Positions 28,968 through 37,726 of a stretch of 64,000 nucleotides of DNA are shown here, in pieces (position 1 is the stretch's first letter; each line of letters begins with the position of its first letter). Position numbers and translations under genes: made by a program. The DNA is from Candidatus Melainabacteria bacterium 17Bon1m (lineage in GTDB: Bacteria > Cyanobacteriota > Vampirovibrionia > Obscuribacterales > Obscuribacteraceae). Under the pieces are notes generated by a model. It was given only the letters and a program-made list of their open reading frames with translations, made no database searches and had not been told where the DNA came from. The stretch spans positions 96,001 through 160,000 of the forward strand of contig JAVLKG010000004.1 of assembly GCA_032128875.1 (NCBI GenBank), written 5' to 3'.

Positions 28968-30461
28968 CTAAAAGCGAATTTCAACCGTGTAGGTGACTTT
29001 GACTTCGCCGTTGGCTGGGACGTCGATGGGAAATTCGAATGTGTGCGAATCTTTTTTGGTCGAAGGGTGGCTTTGCGCTGTCAGCTTCCAGTCGCCGTAA
29101 GCGTGTTCGATGACTTGCACACGTACGTTTTCCTTCTTGTGATTACGCAGCACAACTTCGTAAGACATTCTTTGTAAGTGGTTGTTCGGCTGTTCCATAT
29201 TGGTCTGGCGACGCTCGCCTACCACGTCGAAAGCGTCACCAAGATAAATGCGGACTTTCTCATCGCGTGGTGTGTGGTCGATTTCGTCTTCGCCGACGAA
29301 TTGTAGTGCGCCATCAGCATCTTTCTTATAGACACGCACCTTGCCCTTCGGCATTGGCATGCCGAGATGATTAGCCTCGCTGTTCATCATCTCCAATTTA
29401 ATGGCTATTTTGCGCTTATCGCCATCTCCGCCATCGCTTGCATAAATACGGTTATCTCCTGATTCCAGAACGAACAATTTCTTCACCGGAACCGCTGCGG
29501 CGTTAAACAAACTAAGTTGTTTCGTCTCATTGTTATTAACGTCAGTCTTTCCTGCCAACGTATATAAGTGATACTCGGCAAAAGATTGTTCGCTGAATTG
29601 AGGAGGCGCCGGCATCGCAGCTGGTGCCGCTGCATCCATTGCTTCCATCTGCATTACCTGTCTTTCCGGCTGGATTTTGTGCACGTCACCGGCGATGAGT
29701 TTAAGTGCCGAGTTCTTGTATGTTCCACCCGACTTGTTGTCGAGAGTCACCCAACTTGTGATGTCGCATTTAGTGTCATCTTGATTGGCGACGGCGACAT
29801 AATCGCACTTCCAATTGATGTCGGCAGTTTGATAAGCAATTTCAACATCGTGCGTTCCGGCTTTGTCCGTCTCTAATTTCCAATCGAGTGATGGTGTTGA
29901 GACCAGCCCAGAAGGCAGTTCTGCGAGCTCTACTTGACCTTGCGGATTGAGAATGATGCCATTGCTTGTTTTCAAAACAAGACCGGTCGAAACTTCCGAG
30001 CTGCCACCATCGGCGGAGCCAACAGTCGCAGTGGGTCCGTTGAGCAACGTACCGTTCAGCTCAACAATCGAGCCACCGGCGGTGTACTGTTTGAACTTTG
30101 CTGGCTTGCCGATTGACTTGTTTAAAATTGTATTGGGGTCAATCAAGTCGTATTTGTAGTTCTGCTCCCGCACTACGACCTGGTTTGGCGCAGTCAGTGA
30201 GGTAAAGCTAACAGACGTAGGATCAATTTTCGCCGCTACATCTTCGCAGCTTACGTAATTGATTCCATTCTTCAATTCCATCTGCCGCGAGTCGCGGACC
30301 AGTCCAAAGTTTTGGTTGTAGATGGTCAAAGAGATGCCTTTGGTCTGCGAAATCTTGCCGTCTTGCGCATAGGCAGTCAAGTTTTGCGGCGTTGCAATTG
30401 CTGCTGTGAAAGCCAGACAAATTCCAAGACCACGTCTGATTTTTTGATTCGCTGTGACCAT
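28968..30461 (-). CDS. DUF4139-domain exported protein
   Basis: LTIYNQNFGLVRD, EQNYKYD, FAEYHLY, ETKQL, LGMPMPKGKVRVY, GEDEIDHTP. Confidence 0.85.
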   Translation of the reverse strand: MVTANQKIRRGLGICLAFTAAIATPQNLTAYAQDGKISQTKGISLTIYNQNFGLVRDSRQMELKNGINYVSCEDVAAKIDPTSVSFTSLTAPNQVVVREQNYKYDLIDPNTILNKSIGKPAKFKQYTAGGSIVELNGTLLNGPTATVGSADGGSSEVSTGLVLKTSNGIILNPQGQVELAELPSGLVSTPSLDWKLETDKAGTHDVEIAYQTADINWKCDYVAVANQDDTKCDITSWVTLDNKSGGTYKNSALKLIAGDVHKIQPERQVMQMEAMDAAAPAAMPAPPQFSEQSFAEYHLYTLAGKTDVNNNETKQLSLFNAAAVPVKKLFVLESGDNRIYASDGGDGDKRKIAIKLEMMNSEANHLGMPMPKGKVRVYKKDADGALQFVGEDEIDHTPRDEKVRIYLGDAFDVVGERRQTNMEQPNNHLQRMSYEVVLRNHKKENVRVQVIEHAYGDWKLTAQSHPSTKKDSHTFEFPIDVPANGEVKVTYTVEIRF

Positions 30462-30510
30462 AATTGAATCTTTTGATCCTTGATAATAGAAGAGATGAGC
30501 GTTAAGCACT

Positions 30511-30562
30511 GTAGGGGCGTCGCAGTGACGCCCTGGTCGGGAGCCGCATGCGGCTTCCCTAC
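30511..30562. repeat. REP doublet (REPIN-like)
   Basis: GTAG-GGGCGTCGCAGTGACGCCC...GGGAGCCGCATGCGGCTTCC-CTAC. Confidence 0.88.
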
Positions 30563-30574
30563 GATTGAGCAAAC

Positions 30575-31270
30575 TCAGCCATTATAGACCTTGTCGCCAC
30601 CCTCTGACTGCGCCTTCTCCATGAAATCAAGAGCAATTTGCATCAAGTCGTGCTCGTTGCGGGCGTGTGTCGGGAATGACACAACGCCGATAGAAGCAGT
30701 CACGCGAATATGTCTCAATTCGTCAGTGATTGGCATGCTCTTGAGTTTTTCACGAATTCTCTCTCCGACTACAATCGCGCGAGAAGAGTAAGTCTCTGGG
30801 AAGACAACGCCGAGCTGGTTGTTTTCGCAGCGAGCCGGAACATCAACGTCGCGAATTGCACCACGGATGATATTGGCTGCCGCTTTGAGTGTATCGTCGA
30901 TAAACATTTGACCATGGACTTGTCCGAGGTCATGCAGCTTGTCGACAGACATAATGAGCAGCGAAAGCGGGCGCTTATAGCGTTTGGCGCGGCGCAGCTC
31001 GTATTCTAATTTCTTCAAGAACGTACGCGGGTTGTACAGTTCGGTCAAAGAATCGATAAGAGTCATCTTTTCGATTTCGTCGAGCTTCTCGTCGCTGAGA
31101 GTCTCACGAGTCTTGTCAAGCATTGCTTGCTGCTTGGTTTCTTTAAACTTCTGGCGGCTGACGCGCATCTCGACAAGCATGTCGGTGAATTTGGAATCGC
31201 GCGCCTGGGCCCAACCGCCCTGTTTGCTACCGATCCGCTCTTTGTCGTTTTTCTTACTACCCTTCGACAT
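30575..31270 (-). CDS. Degenerate GGDEF-domain protein
   Basis: DSLTELYN, ELRRAKRY, RDVD I-site, active site RCENNQL, VTASIGV. Confidence 0.87.
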   Translation of the reverse strand: MSKGSKKNDKERIGSKQGGWAQARDSKFTDMLVEMRVSRQKFKETKQQAMLDKTRETLSDEKLDEIEKMTLIDSLTELYNPRTFLKKLEYELRRAKRYKRPLSLLIMSVDKLHDLGQVHGQMFIDDTLKAAANIIRGAIRDVDVPARCENNQLGVVFPETYSSRAIVVGERIREKLKSMPITDELRHIRVTASIGVVSFPTHARNEHDLMQIALDFMEKAQSEGGDKVYNG

Positions 31271-31644
31271 TTACTCTTTCCTCGATTCTTGCAAGGAGGT
31301 CAAACCTTTTGAATCCTCTGACTCAGCCATATGAAGTTTAGCCTGATCGCGAGTACTTCATCTCATGCCAAGCTCTAATTCAGTCAATTCCCTAAAAAGG
31401 TTACCTTAAATCAAAGGCCTGTAGGTAGTCTGCCCGCGAAAGGGTAAGTAGAAAAGGCGTCAAAATTTCTTGTACCTTGTCTTGCCGGATTCCGAACAAA
31501 GCGAACCTTGGGTTGTTTTGGGTATCGCGGCGGCAGTCGAACTGGCAGACGTTAGCTCTGGATGGGATTTTGCTGTACAGTAGATTTATAAGGAGACTCG
31601 GATTAGCTGACGGAGAGCCAGTTTTGGGCTCGGGAGCAAAACGA

Positions 31645-32028
31645 ATGGAAACGCAGAAGGATGTCCAGCAAGAGTATCGAGAGACGCTCGAGTATTACAA
31701 AAGCCAGCATACGACTCTTGGATGCAAGATAACCCACATGATTGGTGTGCCGATGATTGCCTTGTCTGTTCCGATGTTGTTTTTCAGTCCGAGGCGTGCC
31801 GCCAATTTGCTTGCCGGCGGCTGGGCGCTGCAATTCATCGGGCACTACGTTTTTGAAAAGAACAGTCCCGTGGTGCTGACGGACTACCGTAACCCCATGG
31901 TCATCCTTGCTGCACTGGATTACGTCTCTGAAGGATGGATTCGTCTTTTCAAAGGCATGCCGTTGGTTGAGCACAAAGGTCCAGAGCTGATTACTATGCA
32001 ACCTGACGGCAACGGCAAAGGCACCTAA
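31645..32028 (+). CDS. DUF962/Mpo1-like membrane protein
   Basis: YYKSQH, THMIGVP, GWALQFIGHYVFEKNSP. Confidence 0.87.
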   Translation: METQKDVQQEYRETLEYYKSQHTTLGCKITHMIGVPMIALSVPMLFFSPRRAANLLAGGWALQFIGHYVFEKNSPVVLTDYRNPMVILAALDYVSEGWIRLFKGMPLVEHKGPELITMQPDGNGKGT

Positions 32029-32031
32029 TAG

Positions 32032-32062
32032 AAAAGGAGGCGGATTCAATAACCCGCCTCCT
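32032..32062. terminator. Intrinsic terminator between convergent genes
   Basis: AGGAGGCGG-loop-CCGCCTCCT with an A-run on the left (U-tract for the - strand). Confidence 0.75.
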
Positions 32063-32090
32063 CTAAAAGTTTCAGTTGTCCGAATTCGTC

Positions 32091-32366
32091 CTAGCGTCTG
32101 AAACCGCTTCCAGCGCCTTCTCTCGGGCGCGATTCATTGACGACAATTTGTCTGCCCTCAATTGTCTGTCCGTTGAATTCCGAGATTGCAGCTTGTGCTG
32201 CGTCAGCGGATTCCATTTCGACAAAAGCAAAACCACGCTTGCGGCCAGTTTCTCTGTCGACTGGCATCGCGACGGAGGCGACCGTTCCGGAGCGCGAGAA
32301 CAGGTCTTGCAGCTCTTGTTCGGTCATTTTGAATGAGAGGTTTCCGACAAATAATTTCGTGTTCAT
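32091..32366 (-). CDS. RRM RNA-binding protein (Rbp type)
   Basis: RNP2 LFVGNL, RNP1 RGFAFVEM, VNESRPRE. Confidence 0.95.
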   Translation of the reverse strand: MNTKLFVGNLSFKMTEQELQDLFSRSGTVASVAMPVDRETGRKRGFAFVEMESADAAQAAISEFNGQTIEGRQIVVNESRPREGAGSGFRR

Positions 32367-32527
32367 AACTGTCTATCCTTGAAATACAGAACGAATGCGG
32401 ACGCTTTTGGCGTTTTGCATTAGACCTTTAGGGCCCGCAACAGTATCTCATGACTTGTCCCGAATGTCTCAAAAAAACGGGAGGTTCGGGAATTATTTTA
32501 GCTGCGTACCGGCTGCCGAGGGGTAAT

Positions 32528-35500
32528 TTATGGGGTTGGCGTCGCCGGCTTGGGATCCCCGGAAGCCTTGTCCTGTTTGAGCCAACCGGCTATTGCGGTG
32601 ACGCATTTGTCGAGCTGGAAGTACTTGCGTATGGCTGCATTAACTGAGCTTTGGGTCTGCGAATTTACACTTTGGGTGAAATTCTCAAGAAAGTCTAATG
32701 GCAAGCCCATAATCGCTGAATAGCCCAACTGGCTGGCAATTGTGCGCGGCGAACGGCTCTCGACTACGTAGACACCGGTGAGGTGCCCCTTCTCGCGGGC
32801 CAATTCGGCGGTCGAGATCCCTTCCTTGACGTACTGTTTGACGATTTGAGTGATTAGCCCTTGCGCTTTCTCTAAATTCTCCGGCGCCACTGAGTACGAA
32901 ATCGCCCATATAGAATCCGGGTAAGACGCCTCGGTCAGGGAGGAAGTAATTGAATATGTAAGCCCGTACTTGTCACGCAAAGGCGCCAAGCGGCATGCGA
33001 AGCTGTCGTAGCCGAGGGCGGCGCTGGCAAGCGACTCCGCAAAATAGTCTTTGGACTTTATGGAAACCGGCGCTGAGCATCCAATCACTACGTCCATATT
33101 TGTTTTGTCGGGCAGATTGGACATAATGCGACGCCCAGCAAACGCGTTGTTTACCAGCGCAGGGTCTATCGAAATTGTTTCTTCCTTGCTTCCCTTGTAC
33201 GATGCGAACTCTTTGGCGATCAATTCAGCAACTTCGTCCGTCTTTATGTCTCCAACGAAGGTGAAGACTGTGTTGGCAGGCGTGAACTGGTTCTTATGAA
33301 AACTAACCAGGTCGTCTCTTGTGACTGTCTTTAGATGTTCGAGCTGATCCTCGAACGTGTTGGCATAATAAATGCTTTCCGGCTTGTAGAGCGCATGACG
33401 CAGTGACATCCAGGCAACAGATGTAGTGTTTGCTTTACGCTCTTCGATGTTTGATTCCAAAATCTTTCGCGACTTGTCAAACTCTTCTTGCTCGAAGAGT
33501 GGCTTCTGTATTACGTCGGCGATGAGTGGAACGATTAATTTCGCATCGGAAGCAACAACGTCAACATTGAAGCCTGCGAAGAAACTATCGGCACTGAAGT
33601 CTAGACTCGTGCCCATTGATTCGAGAATTTCTGAAATCTTGAATTTGGAATATTTGCAGGAACCCTTGGTTAACAGCTCTGCTGTTAAACCAGGAACTTT
33701 TGACTTCGTGTTCGGCAAGAAGTAACGTCCTGCCTTGATTTTTCCTGAAATCGTCACAGTGCCTGAACCCGGCATAGGCAAGACAATGACTGTGAGCCCA
33801 TTGTCGAATTTGAGGGTTTCAGTGCGAGAGCCGAGTTTTCCAATGCCGCGCTTGCGGGAAACAATCTTCAGCGGTTCTGCCTGCGCGTCACCGTCGCAAG
33901 CAGAGCTTCCTGGTAGCGCCTGCGGCTCGCCGGCTTCAGTGTTTATAGCAAGGTTTTTTTTCTCAGGTACAGATTGAATATTCAAACTGTTCTGTGCGCC
34001 GGTCAATGGAACTCTATTGTGAGCACCGCGGGCAGTGGCGGCAGTTTCATCCGATGGATTTACCGACTCACTTTCAGTTAAGCCTTCAGCCTCATTCTTC
34101 GCTGCCATTCCCAACTTGCCGTCTTGGTCCGTCTTGGGGCGGTAATAACCAACGGTCAAATTGTTCGAGTTTAAATATTTTTTCGCCGCAGCTTGCACCT
34201 GCAATGGTGTCACTTTGCTTATCTTGTCGCAATAAGTAGTCCACCACTTCCAGTCTGCGACACCTATTGCATCTCCAATTTGTTCTGCTCGTCCCTGACA
34301 ATCAACAGCATCAAGACGATATCGCTTTGTAATTTCCAGTTTGGCGCGATTTACTTCCGCCTCAGATGGTTCTTTGTTCGCTAGGTCTTCCACCGCTGCT
34401 CTAACCGCGGTCTCCAGCTTGTCTAACGCGATCTCTTTTGCAGGCGTTGCACCGACAACAAACAAGCCTGGATCTTTCATTACATTGTTGAATGCGTATG
34501 CATCTACAGCCAGACCATTATCGACAAGTGCGCGGTAGAGACGGCTAGAAGTCTTTCCTTTGTCTCCGAGAATGGATTGCAATACTTCTAATGGATAGGT
34601 GTCTTTATCCGTTGCTTTGACTGTGTGAAAACCAAGCAAAAGTCGCGGTACATCTTGTCCTCTCACGACGGTAAAACGCCTTTCTCCTTCTTGGGGCGGT
34701 TCTTTCGTATAGACGGTGGGAAGTTTTTTCTGCGCTCTTGGTATGCGACCAAACTTATTCAAAATGTCAGCGAGGACGGCTTCTTTTTTTATGTCGCCGA
34801 CGACTATCAAAGACGCGTTTTCCGGCCAATAGAAGTCATGGTAAAACTTCCTGAGCCGCTCGGTGGGTACGTTCTCAACGTCAGACCGCCAGCCTATTGT
34901 CGGATGATGATATGGGTGTTCACGAAATGCGGTCGCATATACACCACTCATCAAAAGTTCGTCGGGATCGTCTTCTCCTCTTTCCAGTTCGTTCCGCACC
35001 ACAGTCATTTCGCTGCTGCGGTCATCTTCTCGGAGCAAAAGATTACGCATGCGATCCGCTTCGAGATCGAGCAGCAGTCCTACATGTTGCGAAGGTGCAA
35101 CCTCATAGTAATTAGTGCGGTCTTGCGAAGTGGTGGCATTATTGATACCGCCAATTGGCTTTAGCGTGTCATCAATCCCGGTGCCTAGCATCGGGTCATA
35201 TTTTTTCGTGCCCTTGAACATCAAGTGCTCGAGGAAGTGGGTCGAACCTGTGTAACCGACCGCTTCATTGCGGGAGCCGATTCCATACACCATCATCACC
35301 GAAACAACCGGCGCGAGGTTTTGCTCTTGAATGAGAACGGTCAAGCCGTTCGATTTCATTCGATATACATTGAGTCCGTTGACCGGCTGCTTTGTCAGTT
35401 GATCGAAAGCTGTAAGAACTGACGCCTGGGCGTTTTTGGAGCTGCCTGATTTAGGGACTGTAGCCTTGGTGCCGGCAGCGTTTGCCATGCAGCTAGAGAC

Positions 35501-35569
35501 GGGGCAAAAGAAAATCGCCGCCGTCAATAGCCCGGTTAGAGTGCGCATTGGCAAGCGGCGATTTTTCAT
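32528..35569 (-). CDS. M16 (pitrilysin-family) zinc peptidase, fused, with signal peptide
   Basis: HFLEH, NATT..DRTNY, LEADRM, HPYHHP. Second half has LRDKYGLTY. Confidence 0.92.
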   Translation of the reverse strand: MKNRRLPMRTLTGLLTAAIFFCPVSSCMANAAGTKATVPKSGSSKNAQASVLTAFDQLTKQPVNGLNVYRMKSNGLTVLIQEQNLAPVVSVMMVYGIGSRNEAVGYTGSTHFLEHLMFKGTKKYDPMLGTGIDDTLKPIGGINNATTSQDRTNYYEVAPSQHVGLLLDLEADRMRNLLLREDDRSSEMTVVRNELERGEDDPDELLMSGVYATAFREHPYHHPTIGWRSDVENVPTERLRKFYHDFYWPENASLIVVGDIKKEAVLADILNKFGRIPRAQKKLPTVYTKEPPQEGERRFTVVRGQDVPRLLLGFHTVKATDKDTYPLEVLQSILGDKGKTSSRLYRALVDNGLAVDAYAFNNVMKDPGLFVVGATPAKEIALDKLETAVRAAVEDLANKEPSEAEVNRAKLEITKRYRLDAVDCQGRAEQIGDAIGVADWKWWTTYCDKISKVTPLQVQAAAKKYLNSNNLTVGYYRPKTDQDGKLGMAAKNEAEGLTESESVNPSDETAATARGAHNRVPLTGAQNSLNIQSVPEKKNLAINTEAGEPQALPGSSACDGDAQAEPLKIVSRKRGIGKLGSRTETLKFDNGLTVIVLPMPGSGTVTISGKIKAGRYFLPNTKSKVPGLTAELLTKGSCKYSKFKISEILESMGTSLDFSADSFFAGFNVDVVASDAKLIVPLIADVIQKPLFEQEEFDKSRKILESNIEERKANTTSVAWMSLRHALYKPESIYYANTFEDQLEHLKTVTRDDLVSFHKNQFTPANTVFTFVGDIKTDEVAELIAKEFASYKGSKEETISIDPALVNNAFAGRRIMSNLPDKTNMDVVIGCSAPVSIKSKDYFAESLASAALGYDSFACRLAPLRDKYGLTYSITSSLTEASYPDSIWAISYSVAPENLEKAQGLITQIVKQYVKEGISTAELAREKGHLTGVYVVESRSPRTIASQLGYSAIMGLPLDFLENFTQSVNSQTQSSVNAAIRKYFQLDKCVTAIAGWLKQDKASGDPKPATPTP

Positions 35570-35599
35570 TTGTTGGATGCCTTCAATTGTGCTGGACGA

Positions 35600-36142
35600 C
35601 TATTTCTTGTCTTTTCCAGTGGCTGCTTTCCCTACGTTTTCAGCGCCTTTCACTACACCTTTGCCGACAGCAGTGGTGTCTTTGACGGCAGCTTTGCCAA
35701 CCGATTCGGTTGTCTTGATAGTGCCTTTGCCAAGAGCCTCAGTGTTTTTGACAGCAGCGGTGCCCAGGGCTTCGGTGCCTTTGACGGTAGCTTTGCTGAC
35801 GCCTGTGGTTGTCTTGATTGCGCCTTTACCGACAGCTTCTGTTCCTTCTACTGACGCTTTTACACCTTCTTTGGTGCCTCTGACAGCACCTTTGGTGATA
35901 TTTTCGGTGCCCTTGACGGCGCCTTTGCCGACGGCTTCGGTGCCTTTGACAACAGCCTTGCCGCCCTTTTCGATGTCTTTGCCAACGGCTTTGACGTCTT
36001 TTTCAATTGTTTTGATAATGCCGCCACCTTTTTTCTTGGTGGTTCCTGCCGCATCTGTCGATGCTGCATCTTCCGCCATGACTGCCGTTACGGCGGCGGA
36101 ACTAACAACGCAAAGCGCGATTAGTTTGTTACGAAATTGCAT
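35600..36142 (-). CDS. Exported protein built of 11-residue amphipathic repeats
   Basis: Signal peptide, then 10 contiguous units resembling KGAVKGTEAVG. SD AAGGAG upstream. Confidence 0.85.
   Translation of the reverse strand: MQFRNKLIALCVVSSAAVTAVMAEDAASTDAAGTTKKKGGGIIKTIEKDVKAVGKDIEKGGKAVVKGTEAVGKGAVKGTENITKGAVRGTKEGVKASVEGTEAVGKGAIKTTTGVSKATVKGTEALGTAAVKNTEALGKGTIKTTESVGKAAVKDTTAVGKGVVKGAENVGKAATGKDKK
35630..35959 (-). repeat. Coding 33-bp tandem repeat, 10 copies
   Basis: Residues 62-171 of the 180-aa ORF. Confidence 0.85.
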
Positions 36143-36277
36143 GTTGAAACTCCTTCACGAGAGACATCAGAATTCTGGCAAATTTTTCAATTTCTCGCCA
36201 GTAATCACTAAGTTGTTAACAAGGGGGTAACCTAGATATTCGCCGGTTACAACGATCTCGAGGCTGACATAGTTGAC

Positions 36278-37717
36278 ATGAAGATACGCGGTTCAATTCT
36301 TTCTACATTGGCGATGGCGGTTGTTTTTGCTGCCGCAGCAAGTGCCACGGTTCACGTTCAGCACTTGGGCTCACCCGCCAAAGGTGGTGCGGTTGATTTT
36401 GAGAAGGCTGCACAAGAAGCAACCAAGATGCTCTGTGAGTATTTGAAAATAGATACTACTGTTCCTCCCGGCAACGAAAAGCTCGGAGCAGAATATCTGG
36501 CTTCTGTCTTGAAACAAAACGGTATCGAAGCGCAGTTGTTTGAAACAGCGCCGAATCGTTCTTGTGTATACGCTCGCCTCAAAGGCACAGGAAAAAAGAA
36601 AGCTATTGTTCTGCTTAACCACATCGACGTAGTGCCGGCAGTCGCTGCTGATTGGAAACACCCGCCATTCTCCGGCGAAATTTTCGACAATGAGATTTGG
36701 GGGCGTGGCGCGCTCGATATGAAGGGCTTCGGCATCATTGAACTGGAAGCGATGCTAATGCTCAAGCGTCAAGGCGTCACTCTCGATCGTGACATCATTT
36801 TCCTTGGCACTCCCGATGAAGAAGTTGGCGGAGATTTTGGTGCCAGATGGTTTTCAGAGAAACATCCGGAACTTTTGAAAGATGCGGAATTTCTTATCAA
36901 TGAAGGTTCACACATCATTACCGGAAGTGATGGAAAACCGAAATTCTGGGGCGTAAATTTCTCTGAGAAGAATGTTCTTTGGTTGAAACTCACATCAACC
37001 GGTCAAGCCGGACACGCGTCGATGCCAATCAAAGACTCGGCAACCAACCGCCTTGCACGTGCCCTGGAAAAACTCGTTGCCGTATATCCGATGACGGTGC
37101 GTTCACCACAAGTGGTGCCTGATCTGAAGAAAATCAGCGAGACAAAACCTGAACCACTTAAAGGTTATTATTCACAAGTTGTAGAAGACATGAAGGACAA
37201 CGACTATATCGCCGGCATCGAAAACGATCGAATGCTTTCGTCAATGCTTGTGAATACCGCGTCTTTGACTGTTCTTAAAGCGGGGTATAAAACCAACGTG
37301 ATTCCTGGCGAGGCAAGCGCAGAAATCGATTGCCGCTTGTTGCCTGGAGTTGAAAAGGACGAGTTCATTGCTATCGTTCAGAAAATCATTGCAGATCCGA
37401 CAATCAAACTTTCCGTTCTTGAATGGAACGTTGCCGGCGCATCGGATATTCAAACTGATCTGATGAATTCAATTAAAAAGGTCGCTGCGGAAGAGTCTCC
37501 TGGAACTCCCGTCAGACCGGTAGTGGTGCCCTGGTTTACTGATTCTCATTGGTTTCGCAAACTCAACATCACCTGCTATGGATTTGAACCGTTTGAGGTA
37601 AAACCAGAATTGCTGGCCAGCATGCACGGCATCGACGAACGTATTCCAGTCAGCGTTTACTCGACCGGCTTGCGCCGTTTTTACAAAATCCTTCACGACG
37701 TAGCTGCCGCGAAGTAA
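36278..37717 (+). CDS. M20/M25/M40 metallo-hydrolase, exported
   Basis: NHIDVVP, GRGALDMKG, DEEVGG, NEG, GHAS, TNVIP, TDS, HGIDERI. Confidence 0.92.
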   Translation: MKIRGSILSTLAMAVVFAAAASATVHVQHLGSPAKGGAVDFEKAAQEATKMLCEYLKIDTTVPPGNEKLGAEYLASVLKQNGIEAQLFETAPNRSCVYARLKGTGKKKAIVLLNHIDVVPAVAADWKHPPFSGEIFDNEIWGRGALDMKGFGIIELEAMLMLKRQGVTLDRDIIFLGTPDEEVGGDFGARWFSEKHPELLKDAEFLINEGSHIITGSDGKPKFWGVNFSEKNVLWLKLTSTGQAGHASMPIKDSATNRLARALEKLVAVYPMTVRSPQVVPDLKKISETKPEPLKGYYSQVVEDMKDNDYIAGIENDRMLSSMLVNTASLTVLKAGYKTNVIPGEASAEIDCRLLPGVEKDEFIAIVQKIIADPTIKLSVLEWNVAGASDIQTDLMNSIKKVAAEESPGTPVRPVVVPWFTDSHWFRKLNITCYGFEPFEVKPELLASMHGIDERIPVSVYSTGLRRFYKILHDVAAAK

Positions 37718-37726
37718 CCATTCAGG

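Noticed and set aside
30462-30572. Long N-terminus for the DUF4139 gene
   Set aside because: It reads through a REP doublet. The signal peptide begins at ATG 30461.
35436-36230. 264-aa + strand ORF
   Set aside because: Antisense shadow of the 11-mer repeat gene, which has the SD and signal peptide.
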